From the IMG/VR virus record IMGVR_UViG_3300044691_000429, positions 29,142-93,141 of that record: a stretch of DNA of 64,000 nucleotides; one strand, 5' to 3'. Position 1 is the stretch's first letter; each line of letters begins with the position of its first letter. The notes beneath the pieces were generated by a model, which was not told the DNA's origin, searched no databases, and was given only the letters and a program-made list of their open reading frames with translations. The translations under genes and the position numbers were made by a program. The DNA comes from a virus. Below, one piece after another: positions 34,899 to 45,770 of the stretch.

Positions 34899-35293
34899 CC
34901 GCCCCCGAGTCCCCCGCCGCCCTGCTGCTGCGCGCAGCCGCCCACCTGGACGAGCTGGCAGCCAACGCCACGAAGGGCCCCTGGGCCGACCACGACCCGA
35001 ACTCTCGGTGGGGCGCCAACTACGACCATCTCCTCGTCGGCGGCGGCAAAATCATCGGCACCCTGAACACCGAGCACAACGGGCCGCTCAACGCCGCGTA
35101 CATCGCCGCCGTGGACCCGCTGGCGGGCAGGGACTTCGCCGCGATGCTGCGCGCGGCTGCCGAGGACGCGGCTGCGTGCGACCGGCAGAACGCCCGCCAC
35201 TCGGACATCGACGGGAAGACCCGCGTCATGTACCACCCGATGACCGTGGCCGCGATCAGCGCGGCGCGCAACGTGCTGAAGGAGGCGTCCTGA
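34895..35293 (+). CDS. Ead/Ea22-like phage protein
   Basis: LA..ATKGPW...NAAYIAAVDP. Confidence 0.6.
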   Translation: MTAPESPAALLLRAAAHLDELAANATKGPWADHDPNSRWGANYDHLLVGGGKIIGTLNTEHNGPLNAAYIAAVDPLAGRDFAAMLRAAAEDAAACDRQNARHSDIDGKTRVMYHPMTVAAISAARNVLKEAS

Positions 35294-36040
35294 TGCGGAT
35301 CGTCCACCGCAACACCATCCCCGGGTCGGAGCGCGTCCACGTGGAGATCGCCGCCGACGACATGCCCGGCCTGATCGGGGATCTGGCCTGCTCGGAGTCA
35401 CTGGCGGGACGATGGCTGGTGCGGGCGCTGATGGCCGAGCTAGCCGGGCGCAGGGCCGAAGCCGACGGGATACGGAAGCGGGGCGAGGGGGCGTGACCGA
35501 CACCGGCAGCCACATGTGCGTGGGCCCGTCGTGCTGGACGTGCGGCGAGCCGTCCGAACTCCGGGAACTGCGCCAGCAGCAGATCATGCCCGCCCTCTAC
35601 GAGCTGCGGAAGGAACGCCCGGGGGCGGACCATCACGCCCTGGCCAAGGCCGCCGCGCAGGCGATCCGCCCGGACATCATCCGCGCCCTCACCGACCGCG
35701 GTCTGCTCATCGAGGCACTGCGATCGCTGGACATGACCCACAAGGCCCTCAACGGCTCCCACGACATCGACGGCCCGGACCACACCTGCGCCGGCTGCGC
35801 CCTCGTCGCCCAGATCCGCGACCACCTCACGAGGCCGCGGTGACGACCGCCCCGGACGACGCCGTGGTGGTCGAGCTGACCGTCGAGGAGTTCCACGCGG
35901 CGGCCCGGCGGACCCTGGCCGGCCTCGGGCTGACCTACGCGGAGCTGGCCGAGCAGGCACGCGGGCAGCGGCTCGACAGCGCGCAGGCCTGCATGGTCTG
36001 GTCGTGCATCGGCGACACGCTGCCGGAGGATTTCGCCTGA
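35293..36040 (+). CDS. Three small coupled ORFs (35293-35496, 35493-35843, 35840-36040)
   Basis: TGATG/GTGA overlaps; converge on the early operon at 36040/36041. Confidence 0.55.
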
Positions 36041-36259
36041 TCAGCCGTCGAACAGCCCGTCCTGCGCCGCCGGGAACCGGTTGGGCCTGGGCGCGGACCG
36101 TATCCCGAGCTTCAACGCGCAGTCCTCGCCCCATCCGAGCAGCCTCGCGGCAGGGTCGCTCAACGGCCGATGGCACTCGCGGCACTCCACGACGGCGCGG
36201 CCCGCTGCCAAGTCGGCGTCCGTGGCCGAGCCGGGCAGCGGGGTCGCGTTCTCGGTCAC
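36041..36259 (-). CDS. DUF6011-like zinc protein
   Basis: CRECHRPLSDP.....G.G.DC, QDGLF. Confidence 0.65.
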   Translation of the reverse strand: MTENATPLPGSATDADLAAGRAVVECRECHRPLSDPAARLLGWGEDCALKLGIRSAPRPNRFPAAQDGLFDG

Positions 36260-39200
36260 CCCTCCGCCGCCGCCGCCTTGTGGCACCGACACTCACAACG
36301 GGCGTCGCAGAATTTGCACTTAGCCGGCGCCTTCGCCCCGACCCGCCCGGTCTTGCCCTGGCAGTAGGCGTGCTCGCCGTGGAGGCAGCCAGTGGACAGG
36401 TAGTGGTGGGTGCCGCACCGGTGGGCGAGGCGGGTGAGGAAGACGGCGAGCCGCCCGAGGATGCGGGTGGTCACGGGGTGGGCTCCTTGTCGAGGGCGTC
36501 GAGGATGCGTGCGGCGGCGTTGCAGACGTCGGTGCCGATGGCGTGGCACTCGGCCCGGCCGCGGGCGAGCGCGGCCTCGGCCTGCTCTGCGCGCTGCACC
36601 GCAAGGGCGCGTTCGGTTTCGGACCTGTTGGACGTGTCGTGCGCCACGCGGAGAAGATCCTCGGCCCGTTCGGCGCGGGTGCGTTCGTCGGCGAGTTCGC
36701 AGCGGAGGTCGGTGATCTGTCGGGCGAGCTTGAACCCTTCGGTATAGGCGCGCTCAAGGCGCTCGCGGAGACGGGCGGTGCGCGGGGTGGCCCCGTGTTC
36801 GGCCAGCACGCCGCCGAGGTGCGCGTACAGCTCCCGCGCCTTGGCGAGCGGGATCTCGACGGGCACCGGTTCGTCGTGGCCGGGCGCGTGGACGTCGATG
36901 TCCACGGTCGCGGTCGGGCCGATGCCGTGCGAGGCGACGGACTCCGCCCAGGTGAAGGCGGGCGTGCCAACGGAACCGCCGGTTTCGTTTGGGGCGTCCG
37001 GCGCGGGGTTGCCACGGCAGAGGGACGGTCCGGCCATTCCCCGGTGCGCGGGGTGCGGGTCGGGGTTGCCGCAGCGGTAACTGGGCCAGGACGCGACCGG
37101 CGTGGACATGGCTGCGTCGGGCTCGTCGCGGGGCTGGTCGGTGGTCACTGACTCTCCTGGTGGCGTTGCCGGTAGTCGTCGAGGAGGTGCTGTTCGTCGA
37201 GCGCGCCGAGGGCGTAGCGGGCGGTGGCGTCGGGGTACGGGCGGCCCTGGCTGAACGCGGCGGAGCGGCCGACGCTGACGTGCATGGCGACCTTGACGAG
37301 CCGGTCGAACGCGGCAAGCGGGATCGTGATGGTGGGCGGGGGTTCGGTGGTCACTGGTCACTCCCGGAGGTTGCTCGTTCGGTCCATGCCGGTAGCCGCT
37401 CATCGAAGGGGCCCGGCATGGTCTTGCCTTCGCCGAGCAGTTCGTGGCGCATGTAGTAGGCGGTTCCGCGCCAGCGCTCCCGGACTTCGGGGGCAAGGTC
37501 CCGGTTGTTGCCAGCGTCTTCGGCTTTGGCGATGGCGTAGAGGATGCGTTCGCGGGCCCACGCGATGGCCTGGGGGTCGGCGTCGTAGGGGCTGGGTCCA
37601 GGCGGAACGGTCACTGGGTCTCCTCGGGCACGGTGGCTTCGTAGTCGTCGCATCCGCACGTCTCGCCGTAGGGGAGCTTGCCGACGCAGCGCCCGCCCTT
37701 GGGGTGGTGCGCCTGCGTGTGCCCGCAGGTGTCGCAGGGCGTCGCGTTGCGGGGTGTCCCGGCCACGGCGGCGTCGGTCCATTCGATGCGCGCCCCGTGC
37801 ATCGGGTGCTGCGGGGGCAGGTCGTTGAGGAGCCCGTCGGTCGAGACGGCGACGGTGAACCAGTCGCGCTCGTCGGGATGGTTGACGGCCACGTGGCCGG
37901 AGGGGAATTCGACGCCGGGCCAGACGCGGCCGTCGGCGAGGTGGAGATGGAAGCGGCGGGACTGGTCAGGCATGGTCGGCTCCTTCGGGTGCGGCGGGGT
38001 CGGGTCCGGCGCCGTGGACGTCGGCCCGGTACGCGCGGACGGATGCCAGGACGGCGAACGCCGCGACGTGGCAGGGGCGGCAGGGGTGCGCGGTGTCGTG
38101 GGTGCACAGGGCGCGGGCCCCGGCGCACTGGTCCAGGGCGGTCACGTCGAAGGGGATGGTCCGGGCGAGGGCGGCGGCGCGGTCAGGCACGGGGGGCCGC
38201 CTCGGGCGGGGCTGTCGGGGCGGTGCTGTCGGCCCAGTCGGTGAGCTGGGCGGCGAGATACCGGGCCTGGTCGGGGCCGAGGAGGACGACCGGGTCATTC
38301 CCGCAGTCGTCCAGGGCGAGGCGCAGCCACGGCCACGGGGCGCCGTCGTCCGGGCCGTGATCCCGGCCGTCGCGGGTGATGTGCGACGGGATCAGCGCGA
38401 GGCCGACCGTGCCGCCGCGCGGGCCGCTCTCACCGGGCAGGACGTGCGAGCCGAGGTAGCGCCACGGCTGGCCGATGGTCCCCGGGTCGCCGTCGCCGCC
38501 GATGCCCTCGATGGTCGCGTAGATGCTCAAGTCGTGCTCCTCGGGTAGGGGTCCCGGCCCGGCTGGGCGGCCGGGCCGGGAAGGGGTTGGTGACGGGTCA
38601 GGGGGTGGGGGTGATCGCGTACCCGATAGCAGCGGCGATTTCGGCGTTGTGATCGGCAAGGTCGCGGGCATCGGCGGCGCACGGCGGACAGAGCGTCGGG
38701 CGAAGCGACCACCCGTTGGCCTCGGCCCACTCACGGGCGGCGCGCTCGCTGTCGAAGTAGCGGCGGTACCCGTCCGTGTCGAGCGTGGATTCGATGCCCT
38801 CATCGTTGGGGCACTCGGTGTTGTCGCAGGTGAGCACATACACGGGCTGGTCGTACTGGGTGACGGGCATCAGAGGCTCCTTCGTGGTCCGGTGGTGGGG
38901 TCGTGCATGGTCACGTGCACCACCCGATGTGGCGGAACGTGACGCCATGCTCGGTCTCCAGCTCCCGCCGGGAGATCGCCGTGCCCTCGTCCCAGAAGAG
39001 GCGGACCAGTTCGTCGCCGGGCGGCACCGTGCGGTAGTCGGTGTACAGGAAGCCCTCGTCGTCGACGTACACCCGGTCGTGCCTGTCGGTGGGCGGATTG
39101 TCGGCGGGGATGAGCCCGGCGCGGATCGCGGCGTGCAGGTAGTTGAGGGCGTCGAGGCGGGACATCTCCTGCTCGTGGGCGGTGAGTTCGTCCCAGGTGG

Positions 39201-39962
39201 GGTTGAACATTCCTTCGTGGGAGATCTGCTGGCGGGCCTTGGCGAGAGCGAGGGCACGGGGATCGTCAAGGTCGGGGCGGTCGGTGGTGATCATCGGTTC
39301 TCCTTGGTGGCGGTCAGGCGGGCGAGGGGGCGGCGGGCTTCTGTCCGGCGCCGGGGCAGCGCGGCAACCCGTAACCGGTCCACGTGCCGGGCTGGCGGGG
39401 CTTGAGGTGGTGGCGGACCAGGCCCTTCTTCGTCAGGTCGAACGGGCGCCCGCACGAGGCGCAGATGCCGCGTCCGTAGGGCGAGAAGTCGGCGATCTCA
39501 GCGGGAGTGGTCACGGTGCTTCCTTCCGGGTCGTCCCCGCCGGCCGGGCGGCACGGCGGGGGTGGGTGGTGTGGTGGGATCGGCGGCCGGGGCCGGCCCG
39601 TTAGCGGCGGGCCGGCCTTCCGTGCGGGGTCACGGGATGACGTCGGGGGCGGTGGTCGGATCGAAGTCGTCGTCCTCGTAAGGGAGCGGCGTCCACCCGC
39701 CCGGGTCGCAGCCGCAGGGCCGGCGCTCTTCGCACTCGGCGCACCAGTCGGGGCTGGTCTTGCCGCGGTGGACCTTCTCGTCCCAGCACTTGGGGCAGAT
39801 GTCGCGGCCGTCCGCGGTGCGGTGCCAGCCCTGGAACTTCCAGAACCGGCGGATCTTGGTGGCGGTGTTGTGCCGCGGGATGGCGGCGCCGGCGGACGAC
39901 GGGCATTTCGTACCGTCGCCTCCGGGTTGGCCATCGCACTGGATGACGGTCTGGGCGCTCAC
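36256..39962 (-). CDS. Series of small early-region ORFs: 36256-36474, 36471-37148, 37145-37354, 37351-37614, 37611-37973, 37966-38190, 38183-38530, 38598-38870, 38911-39294, 39314-39514, 39630-39962
   Basis: Coupled starts and stops; many Cys-rich zinc-binding motifs; functions unknown. Confidence 0.6.
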
Positions 39963-40029
39963 GGTCGACCCCCGTTCGCCCGGTCTGCACCCCGATCGGT
40001 CTGCGCCCCCACGGGGCGCCGGGGCGCGG

Positions 40030-40506
40030 TCACGACGCGGCCTCCCAGAGCGTGCGCGGGATCTCTTCGGTGCCCCGGAGCGTGCGCGGCCGGGACGGCC
40101 GGTCCCAGCCGGGCGCGGCCGGGCGTTCGGCGATGACCCGCCACCCGGAGGCGCGCAGCGAAGCCCCGGTCTCCCCGGCCTGCGTGTACGTGATCAGCCG
40201 CGTGTAGCCCAGCGCCCGTGCCGCACGCCAGCACGCCCCGTACAAGAGGCTGTTGGCGTTGCGGGTGCCGTCGGTCGCGGTGCGGGTGACCTCCAGCGTC
40301 TGCCCGTTGTCCAGCAGCCGGGCCACCGGGCGGCCGACGATGGCGACACCGCGCAGTACCCCGTCGTCGGTGGCGGCGCCGATCGCGAAGATCTGGCCGA
40401 CGGGGGGCGCGTGGTGCCGATGCCACATGGCGACGTAGGCGCGGGCCTCACGGGACCGCACCGGGACCAGGTGCAGCGGCACGGTGGTGGCAGTGCTGCC
40501 GCTCAC
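40030..40506 (-). CDS. XF1762-family / Mom-like GNAT-fold protein
   Basis: HRHH.P..G..F, GVAIVGRPVAR.LD....LEVTR...DGT.NANS.LYGA, GY....TYT...E.GASLRA.GW. Confidence 0.8.
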   Translation of the reverse strand: MSGSTATTVPLHLVPVRSREARAYVAMWHRHHAPPVGQIFAIGAATDDGVLRGVAIVGRPVARLLDNGQTLEVTRTATDGTRNANSLLYGACWRAARALGYTRLITYTQAGETGASLRASGWRVIAERPAAPGWDRPSRPRTLRGTEEIPRTLWEAAS

Positions 40507-40850
40507 GGTGCTCCCCTTCGGCCGGTTATCGGCCTGCCCCCGCGCCCCCACGTGCCCGTCTGAGCCTCCGCCAGCCCCGTCCCGGTCCCGGGCGCCCCCG
40601 GACGGCCGAGCGGCGCTGTGAGCGGCGCGGGGCGGGCACGGCGGGGCGGCTGGGGGTGACGCGGGGACAGCGGGGCGCGGGTCGGGGGCAGTTGAGGCGC
40701 GGGTGGTGACCGGAGGCGCTACGTGCCCGCCTGCGGCCACGGGAGCGGTCGCGGCGGGAATTCCTCCACCGGAGCCGTCAGCGGCCCCCAGGGCCCCCGC
40801 CACGCCCCACGACGGGGGTAGCGCGGGCGAGACGGACGGGACGGGGCGCG

Positions 40851-41371
40851 TCACGGGGTCACCCCGGCGAGGATCGCGTCGGCCAGGGCCAGGGTCTCCG
40901 GGCCGCCGACGCGGTGGATCAGGTCCGGGTCCCGCTCTGCGGCCCACGCCCACTCTTCGAACACGGCGGCGAGGCCAGTCCGGATATCGCTGGGGATCTC
41001 GGCGGTGGCGTCCCACTGGGCGTCGGTCATGGACAGGGGCAACTGCGCGCGTTCGCCAGAGCGGTACTGGTCCACGGCGGTGAGCACCCCGGCGGCTGCG
41101 CGGAGGCGGTCGGCGGGCGCGGGGGCGGTCATCGGGTGGCCCCGGTCTGCGCGGCAGCCTGCGGGTGGGCGGCGGTCCAGTCGCGGACGATCCGTTCGAT
41201 CTCCAGCAGTGCCGCGTTGCCCTTCGTGATGGCGGCGAGGTTCTCCGGGCTGTCGCTCGCGGTGCGCCAAGCCTTGCGTACCGCGGCCTGGTAGGTCTTC
41301 GTCGGGGCTTCGAGGTCGGTCATGAGGCGCATGACGGCGATATGGCGTTCGGTGGTGTTGCCGCTGGGCAT
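40851..41371 (-). CDS. Two hypothetical ORFs (40851-41132, 41129-41371)
   Basis: Coupled ORFs with RBS. Confidence 0.55.
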
Positions 41372-41449
41372 GTCGGTCTCCTGGTCGGGTTGCGGTTCCG
41401 GGCGGGTGCGGTGTCGGGGCGGGGCGCGTTTTCAGGGCTAAGCGGGCGC

Positions 41450-41812
41450 TTAGGCGGGGGTGGGGTTGGCGAGGGCGAGGAGCACGTCGGCGTGACACGG
41501 CTGGTCGGGCGGGCACCAGCAGGCGAGGTCCCGGCCGGCCAACTCCCGGCGGACGAGGGCGAGCAGCGACTCCTGCTTCGGGTCGCCGATCCAGTGCCGG
41601 TACAGCTCGGTGGCGTAGCGGCGGGCCTCGGCGCCGTCGGCGGGCCAGGTGCCGACATCGCCGCCGGTGGCGCCGAACCGGATGACGATGCCGTGGGGGG
41701 CCCGGACGATCCGGGCGGGGTTGCCCCATCGCGTCGGACGCCCGACGTAGACCGCGCCGGGCGGCATGCCGGGGACTCCGGCCTTGCGGGTGCGCTGGAC
41801 ACGGTTTGGCAT
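41450..41812 (-). CDS. DUF4326 family protein
   Basis: AVYVGRPTRWGNP...LAGRDLACWC....CHADVLL. Confidence 0.88.
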   Translation of the reverse strand: MPNRVQRTRKAGVPGMPPGAVYVGRPTRWGNPARIVRAPHGIVIRFGATGGDVGTWPADGAEARRYATELYRHWIGDPKQESLLALVRRELAGRDLACWCPPDQPCHADVLLALANPTPA

Positions 41813-43139
41813 CACGCCGCCTCGCCTTCGCCGCGCGCCTGCCACTGCGGGCAGCCGCTGACGGGCCGGTGGTCCTCGCCGAGGTCGAGCCCGGCACCGC
41901 ACGACGGCAGTACCGGCCCGGACGCGCCCCAGTTGCAGCCGGGCTCGCACCCGCAGGCGTCACCCCCCGCGTCGTGCTGCACGCACGTCAGGCACGAACG
42001 GGTCTCCGGGTTGTGCCAGCAGCGGGCGATGTGGGCGGTCGTGGTGGCCTTCTTCGACCGGGAGCGGGTGCAGAACGGGCACCGGAAACGGGTCACGCGC
42101 AGGGCGATCGGGGCGGCGGGCATCACGCCTCGCTCCCGTCGGCGTGCTGGACGAGCCGGTAGCCGGTACGCCGCGTGGGCGAGTTGTGGAGCTGGCGGAC
42201 AGCGATCATGCGGAGGCGGAGGTACCGGTCCCCGTCGACCGTGACGACAGCGACCCGGCCCCTGCCGAACACCCCGGGAACGGTCGGGCCGGCCACCCGG
42301 ATGCGCAGGGTCGTGTTTTCGGCGGCGTTGTGCGACTCGTACTCCTGGCCGGGTTCGATGCGGTGGTCATCGGTGCTGGTCATAGCGGCGGGTCCTTTCA
42401 GGCGGCGGCGTGTGGGCGGGGGGTGGGGTCAGGCGCGGAGGTGGCGGGTCACGCGACGTCTTCGGCGGCGGGGTCGTGGTCCTGGTAGGCGGCGGCCGAG
42501 CGGGGGGTGAACCTGCGCTCGAACACCGCGCTCTGGTCGGCGAGTTCGGCGGCGAGCCGGTAGATCGCGCCGGTCGCGGGGTGCCCGAGCGGAGTGGTCT
42601 CGCAGACCTCACGGACGAGGCTGAAAGCGGCGAACGGGCTGAACGCGGGCGGGCTCTGCGTGCACGGCCGGTGCGTGCCGCGGTCGAGCTGCCCCAGTTC
42701 CAGGCGGGCACGTTCGAGGCGGGACACGTTCGCGACGGGCCGGCTCGCCCCGCGGTTCGCGCGGATCACGGCGTCGAGGATCTGGCGCATCGCCGGGTAG
42801 ACGGCGGACCAGGCGGCGGGTGGCTGGGTCATGCGGTGTCTCCTTGGGTCAGGCAGGCGGGCGGGTTGGTCAGGGTCGGGGCGGCTGGGTTGCGGCGCGA
42901 ATGTTGATCTGCGCGACGAGGTCCTCAAGCCCGACCGGGTCAGCCGGCGGCAGTGGGGGCTGCGGGCCGGCCTGCACTCCCCAGCTGCACGTCCAGGTGT
43001 GGCCGCAGCCGGGGCAGCGGTAGGCGGCTATGAGTCCGCCGTCCCCGTCGGGCAGCGCCATGGCGGGTCGGGCAACGATGCGAGTGCGCTCGGAGAGGCA
43101 GCTCTCGCAGGTGTCGCTGTACGGCGGGTAGGTGATCAC
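41812..43139 (-). CDS. Four small ORFs (41812-42126, 42123-42383, 42449-42832, 42870-43139)
   Basis: Coupled ORFs, two with CxxC motifs. Confidence 0.55.
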
Positions 43140-44449
43140 CAGATCGCTCCTGTCGGTGAGTGGCCTGTGATGTCGTCGAAGTCGATGGGCCGGTACGAGG
43201 TCCAGGGCCAGTCCTCGCCCTGGCGGATGAAGCCGGGCCACGCGCGTTCGTCGCGCATGCCGCGCCAGGGCAGGAAGCGCCGGCCGCGGGCGCCGTCGGC
43301 GTTGGACGCGGACTTCTCGTCCTCGACGGGGCGCAGGCCGAACCCGAACTCCGGCCAGCGCATCCACAGCGAGGAGCCGAGGGGGCGCAGGTTGCGGTGC
43401 GCGGACTGCCCGTTGTGGTGGGGCGCGTGGGCTTCCATGAGGACGGCGCAGTCGGTGGTGGCGCGGGCTTCGTCGATGACCGCCGAGACCTTGCGGGCCA
43501 GCTCTTCGGAGTTGGGGTCTCCGGCGTGGAGCCGGTAGATCGGTCCGACGATCAGCAGTTCGGGCTTGAGCTTCTCGACACGCCGCATGAACCAGGCGCG
43601 GTCTGCCGGCCGGGTGAGGTCGAGCCCTTCCGGGCGGCACTCGATGTGGAACATGCCGCGCTCCAGCGGCCGGTGCCCCTTGTTGGCAGCGGCGGCGAGC
43701 AGCGGACGGAACTTGCGGCGGGAGACGGGCGCGCCGTTCTCGCAGTCGAGGACGAGGACGCGGTGGGGGTCGATGTACTCCCACGGCTTGAAGGGGTGCA
43801 GGCCGGACGCGATGGTGACCGCGATCTGCCGGAGCAGCGTTGACTTGCCGCCGCCCTCCGTCGCGGTGAGGATCAGCCGGTCGCCGTACTCCAGGAGGTC
43901 TGGGACCAGCCAGTTGTACGCGTCCTCAACGTTGACGAAGTCGAGGAGATCCATCGTCGGCAGGTCGGCGTTGGCCTGGCCGCGGTCGCGAATGTCGCGC
44001 GCGCGGGCGACGGCGTGCTCAACGAGGTCGAAGGTGGCGCCGGACGGATCGAGGGCGGTGCGGGCGGTTTCCTCGCCGTGCTCGGCGAGAGCCCGGCGCA
44101 GCGCGCGGTCGACGATGATCGCCGCGTATTCGTGGGCGAAGATCGTGTCGGCCTGGCCGGAGATGGTCCAGATGTACTGCTGGCCGCCGACGAGGTCGAG
44201 TTGCCCCTCGTCGGCGAGGTGCTTGATCAGGGTGATCGTGTCGACAGCCGCACCGGCGGCGAACATGGCGGCGAGCGCGGTGTAGATCGGGCCGTGGGTG
44301 CTGCCCCAGAAGTCGTGGGGTCCGACGACTTCGAGGGTCTCGGCGAGGACGCGGCGGCTGTTCATGCAGGCACCGAGGAGCGAGCGCTCGGCGGGCAGGT
44401 CGTGCGGGGGGAGCCGGTCCGGGGGGCGCTCGTCGTCATCGAAGGTCAT
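43136..44449 (-). CDS. Replicative helicase: DnaB-like N-domain plus RecA-type (AAA_25) ATPase
   Basis: PPHDL.AE.SLLGA, DF....H..IY, Walker A ATEGGGKS, DCEN, RPLGSS. Confidence 0.9.
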   Translation of the reverse strand: MTFDDDERPPDRLPPHDLPAERSLLGACMNSRRVLAETLEVVGPHDFWGSTHGPIYTALAAMFAAGAAVDTITLIKHLADEGQLDLVGGQQYIWTISGQADTIFAHEYAAIIVDRALRRALAEHGEETARTALDPSGATFDLVEHAVARARDIRDRGQANADLPTMDLLDFVNVEDAYNWLVPDLLEYGDRLILTATEGGGKSTLLRQIAVTIASGLHPFKPWEYIDPHRVLVLDCENGAPVSRRKFRPLLAAAANKGHRPLERGMFHIECRPEGLDLTRPADRAWFMRRVEKLKPELLIVGPIYRLHAGDPNSEELARKVSAVIDEARATTDCAVLMEAHAPHHNGQSAHRNLRPLGSSLWMRWPEFGFGLRPVEDEKSASNADGARGRRFLPWRGMRDERAWPGFIRQGEDWPWTSYRPIDFDDITGHSPTGAIW

Positions 44450-44691
44450 CAGAAGATGCCCTTCTCGGTGTTCGTGTCGTAGCCGGGGGTGGGCTTGACC
44501 CGCTGGACGATGTCGGCGGGCATGACGCGGCGGGTGGTCGCCCGGTAGTGGTCTCGAAGCGCGCCAATTGCGGCGTCGAGGGTGATGTCGTGGAGGACCA
44601 TCTGCCAGGCCTGGACGTCGGCGTCGCCGATGGTGCGCTGGTCAATGCCAGCGGCTACGGCGAGGAGGCGGGCTGCCTCGGAGCGGGTCAC
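44449..44691 (-). CDS. Helicase loader/inhibitor-like small protein
   Basis: MT..EAA.LL......D.R.......AW...L......A..A...HY.......MPADI; between initiator and helicase. Confidence 0.65.
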   Translation of the reverse strand: MTRSEAARLLAVAAGIDQRTIGDADVQAWQMVLHDITLDAAIGALRDHYRATTRRVMPADIVQRVKPTPGYDTNTEKGIF

Positions 44692-45770
44692 GCGGACTCC
44701 TGCGGTTGGATCGGGGCGCCTTCAAGTGCGGCGCGCTCTTCTTCGGCGCGGTACTTCTCGGCGAGCGCAAGGCCGGCGGCGACACGGGCGTCCGTGGTGG
44801 ACGGGCGGATCGGCGTGACGTTGCTGGCGGCGCGGATCTCGGCGAAGGCGAACTGGAGCGTGCCGGGGGTGACGGGCTTGGACAGCCCGCCGATCCGGAC
44901 GAGGGCCGCCCAGAGTTCGTCGGGGTCGGTTCCGTTGCCGAGCGCCTCGTCCACGACCTGGCGGACTTTGCGACTGCCGTAGGAGTTGCCGCGGGCAAAG
45001 CGCTTCATGAAGGCCCCGGTCATCCGGTCCGGGATTCCCCCGCCCGTCTGCACGACGGTGGGTCGGTTCGACTCGGGCGCAGCCGATGGGGGTTTAACCC
45101 CTTGCTCCCTTGCTCCCTTGCTCCCTTGCTCAGGGGCGAAAGAATCCGGAGCGTTTCCGGAGCCGTTCGCGAGAGATTCCGGAGCCTCTTCATACCCGCC
45201 TTGACCTGCTGGTTCGTCGGACCACGACTCTTCCGGGACACCTTCGCCACTGGGCGCGTACACGTCACGCGGCGAGGGGTCAGAAACGGCCCGCGGAGGC
45301 ACTCCGGAAGGGGTCTGAGAGGTGCCGGGGAGACCTTCCGGGAAGCTCTCGAATCCCTCCCGAGACTTTCGCGAGCGATTCCGGAGGCGCTGCGGGTTCC
45401 TCGCCCGCCACGTCTTGAAGTCCTCCGGCTCGTCCTCCGGGCACGGCGGCACCTTCGAGCGCGTCGGGTGCGACGGCTTCTGGTGCTCACGCCAGTTCGG
45501 GGCGTGCAGGTACCGCCGGCCGTCGACCTCGTACCGGCACACGGGGCCGGAGTCGGCGATCAGCTCCAGCCACGCGTCGACGCGCTCGGGGGTGATGTCG
45601 CGGTCCCGCGGGAAGCAGTCGGAGGCGATGAGCAGTTCGTCGTCCACGCCGCGGCCGTAGTCGTCGAGGTAGCCCCACAGCAGGATGAAGAAGTAGCGGA
45701 CCTCGCGCGGCCACAGCGACACCGTGATGGACGTGCGCATCTCGGGCTTGATCGAACGGATGCGGGCCAT
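44688..45770 (-). CDS. Phage replication initiator
   Basis: MARIRSIKPE...LW...DD.GR, Y...G..YL...NW.EHQK..HP..S; repeat-rich linker. Confidence 0.85.
   Translation of the reverse strand: MARIRSIKPEMRTSITVSLWPREVRYFFILLWGYLDDYGRGVDDELLIASDCFPRDRDITPERVDAWLELIADSGPVCRYEVDGRRYLHAPNWREHQKPSHPTRSKVPPCPEDEPEDFKTWRARNPQRLRNRSRKSREGFESFPEGLPGTSQTPSGVPPRAVSDPSPRDVYAPSGEGVPEESWSDEPAGQGGYEEAPESLANGSGNAPDSFAPEQGSKGAREQGVKPPSAAPESNRPTVVQTGGGIPDRMTGAFMKRFARGNSYGSRKVRQVVDEALGNGTDPDELWAALVRIGGLSKPVTPGTLQFAFAEIRAASNVTPIRPSTTDARVAAGLALAEKYRAEEERAALEGAPIQPQESA
45091..45390. repeat. Candidate phage origin inside the initiator gene
   Basis: (CCCTTGCT)x4 at 45099-45130 next to GGTTTAACC; TCCGGAGC at 45145, 45156, 45178 and further TCCGG(A/G) copies. 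Confidence 0.65.

Noticed and set aside
18095-36040. Independent AICE inserted into the prophage
   Set aside because: No integrase, RepSA/rolling-circle Rep or flanking direct repeats were found, so it was not called as a separate element; a degenerate ancestral insertion cannot be excluded.
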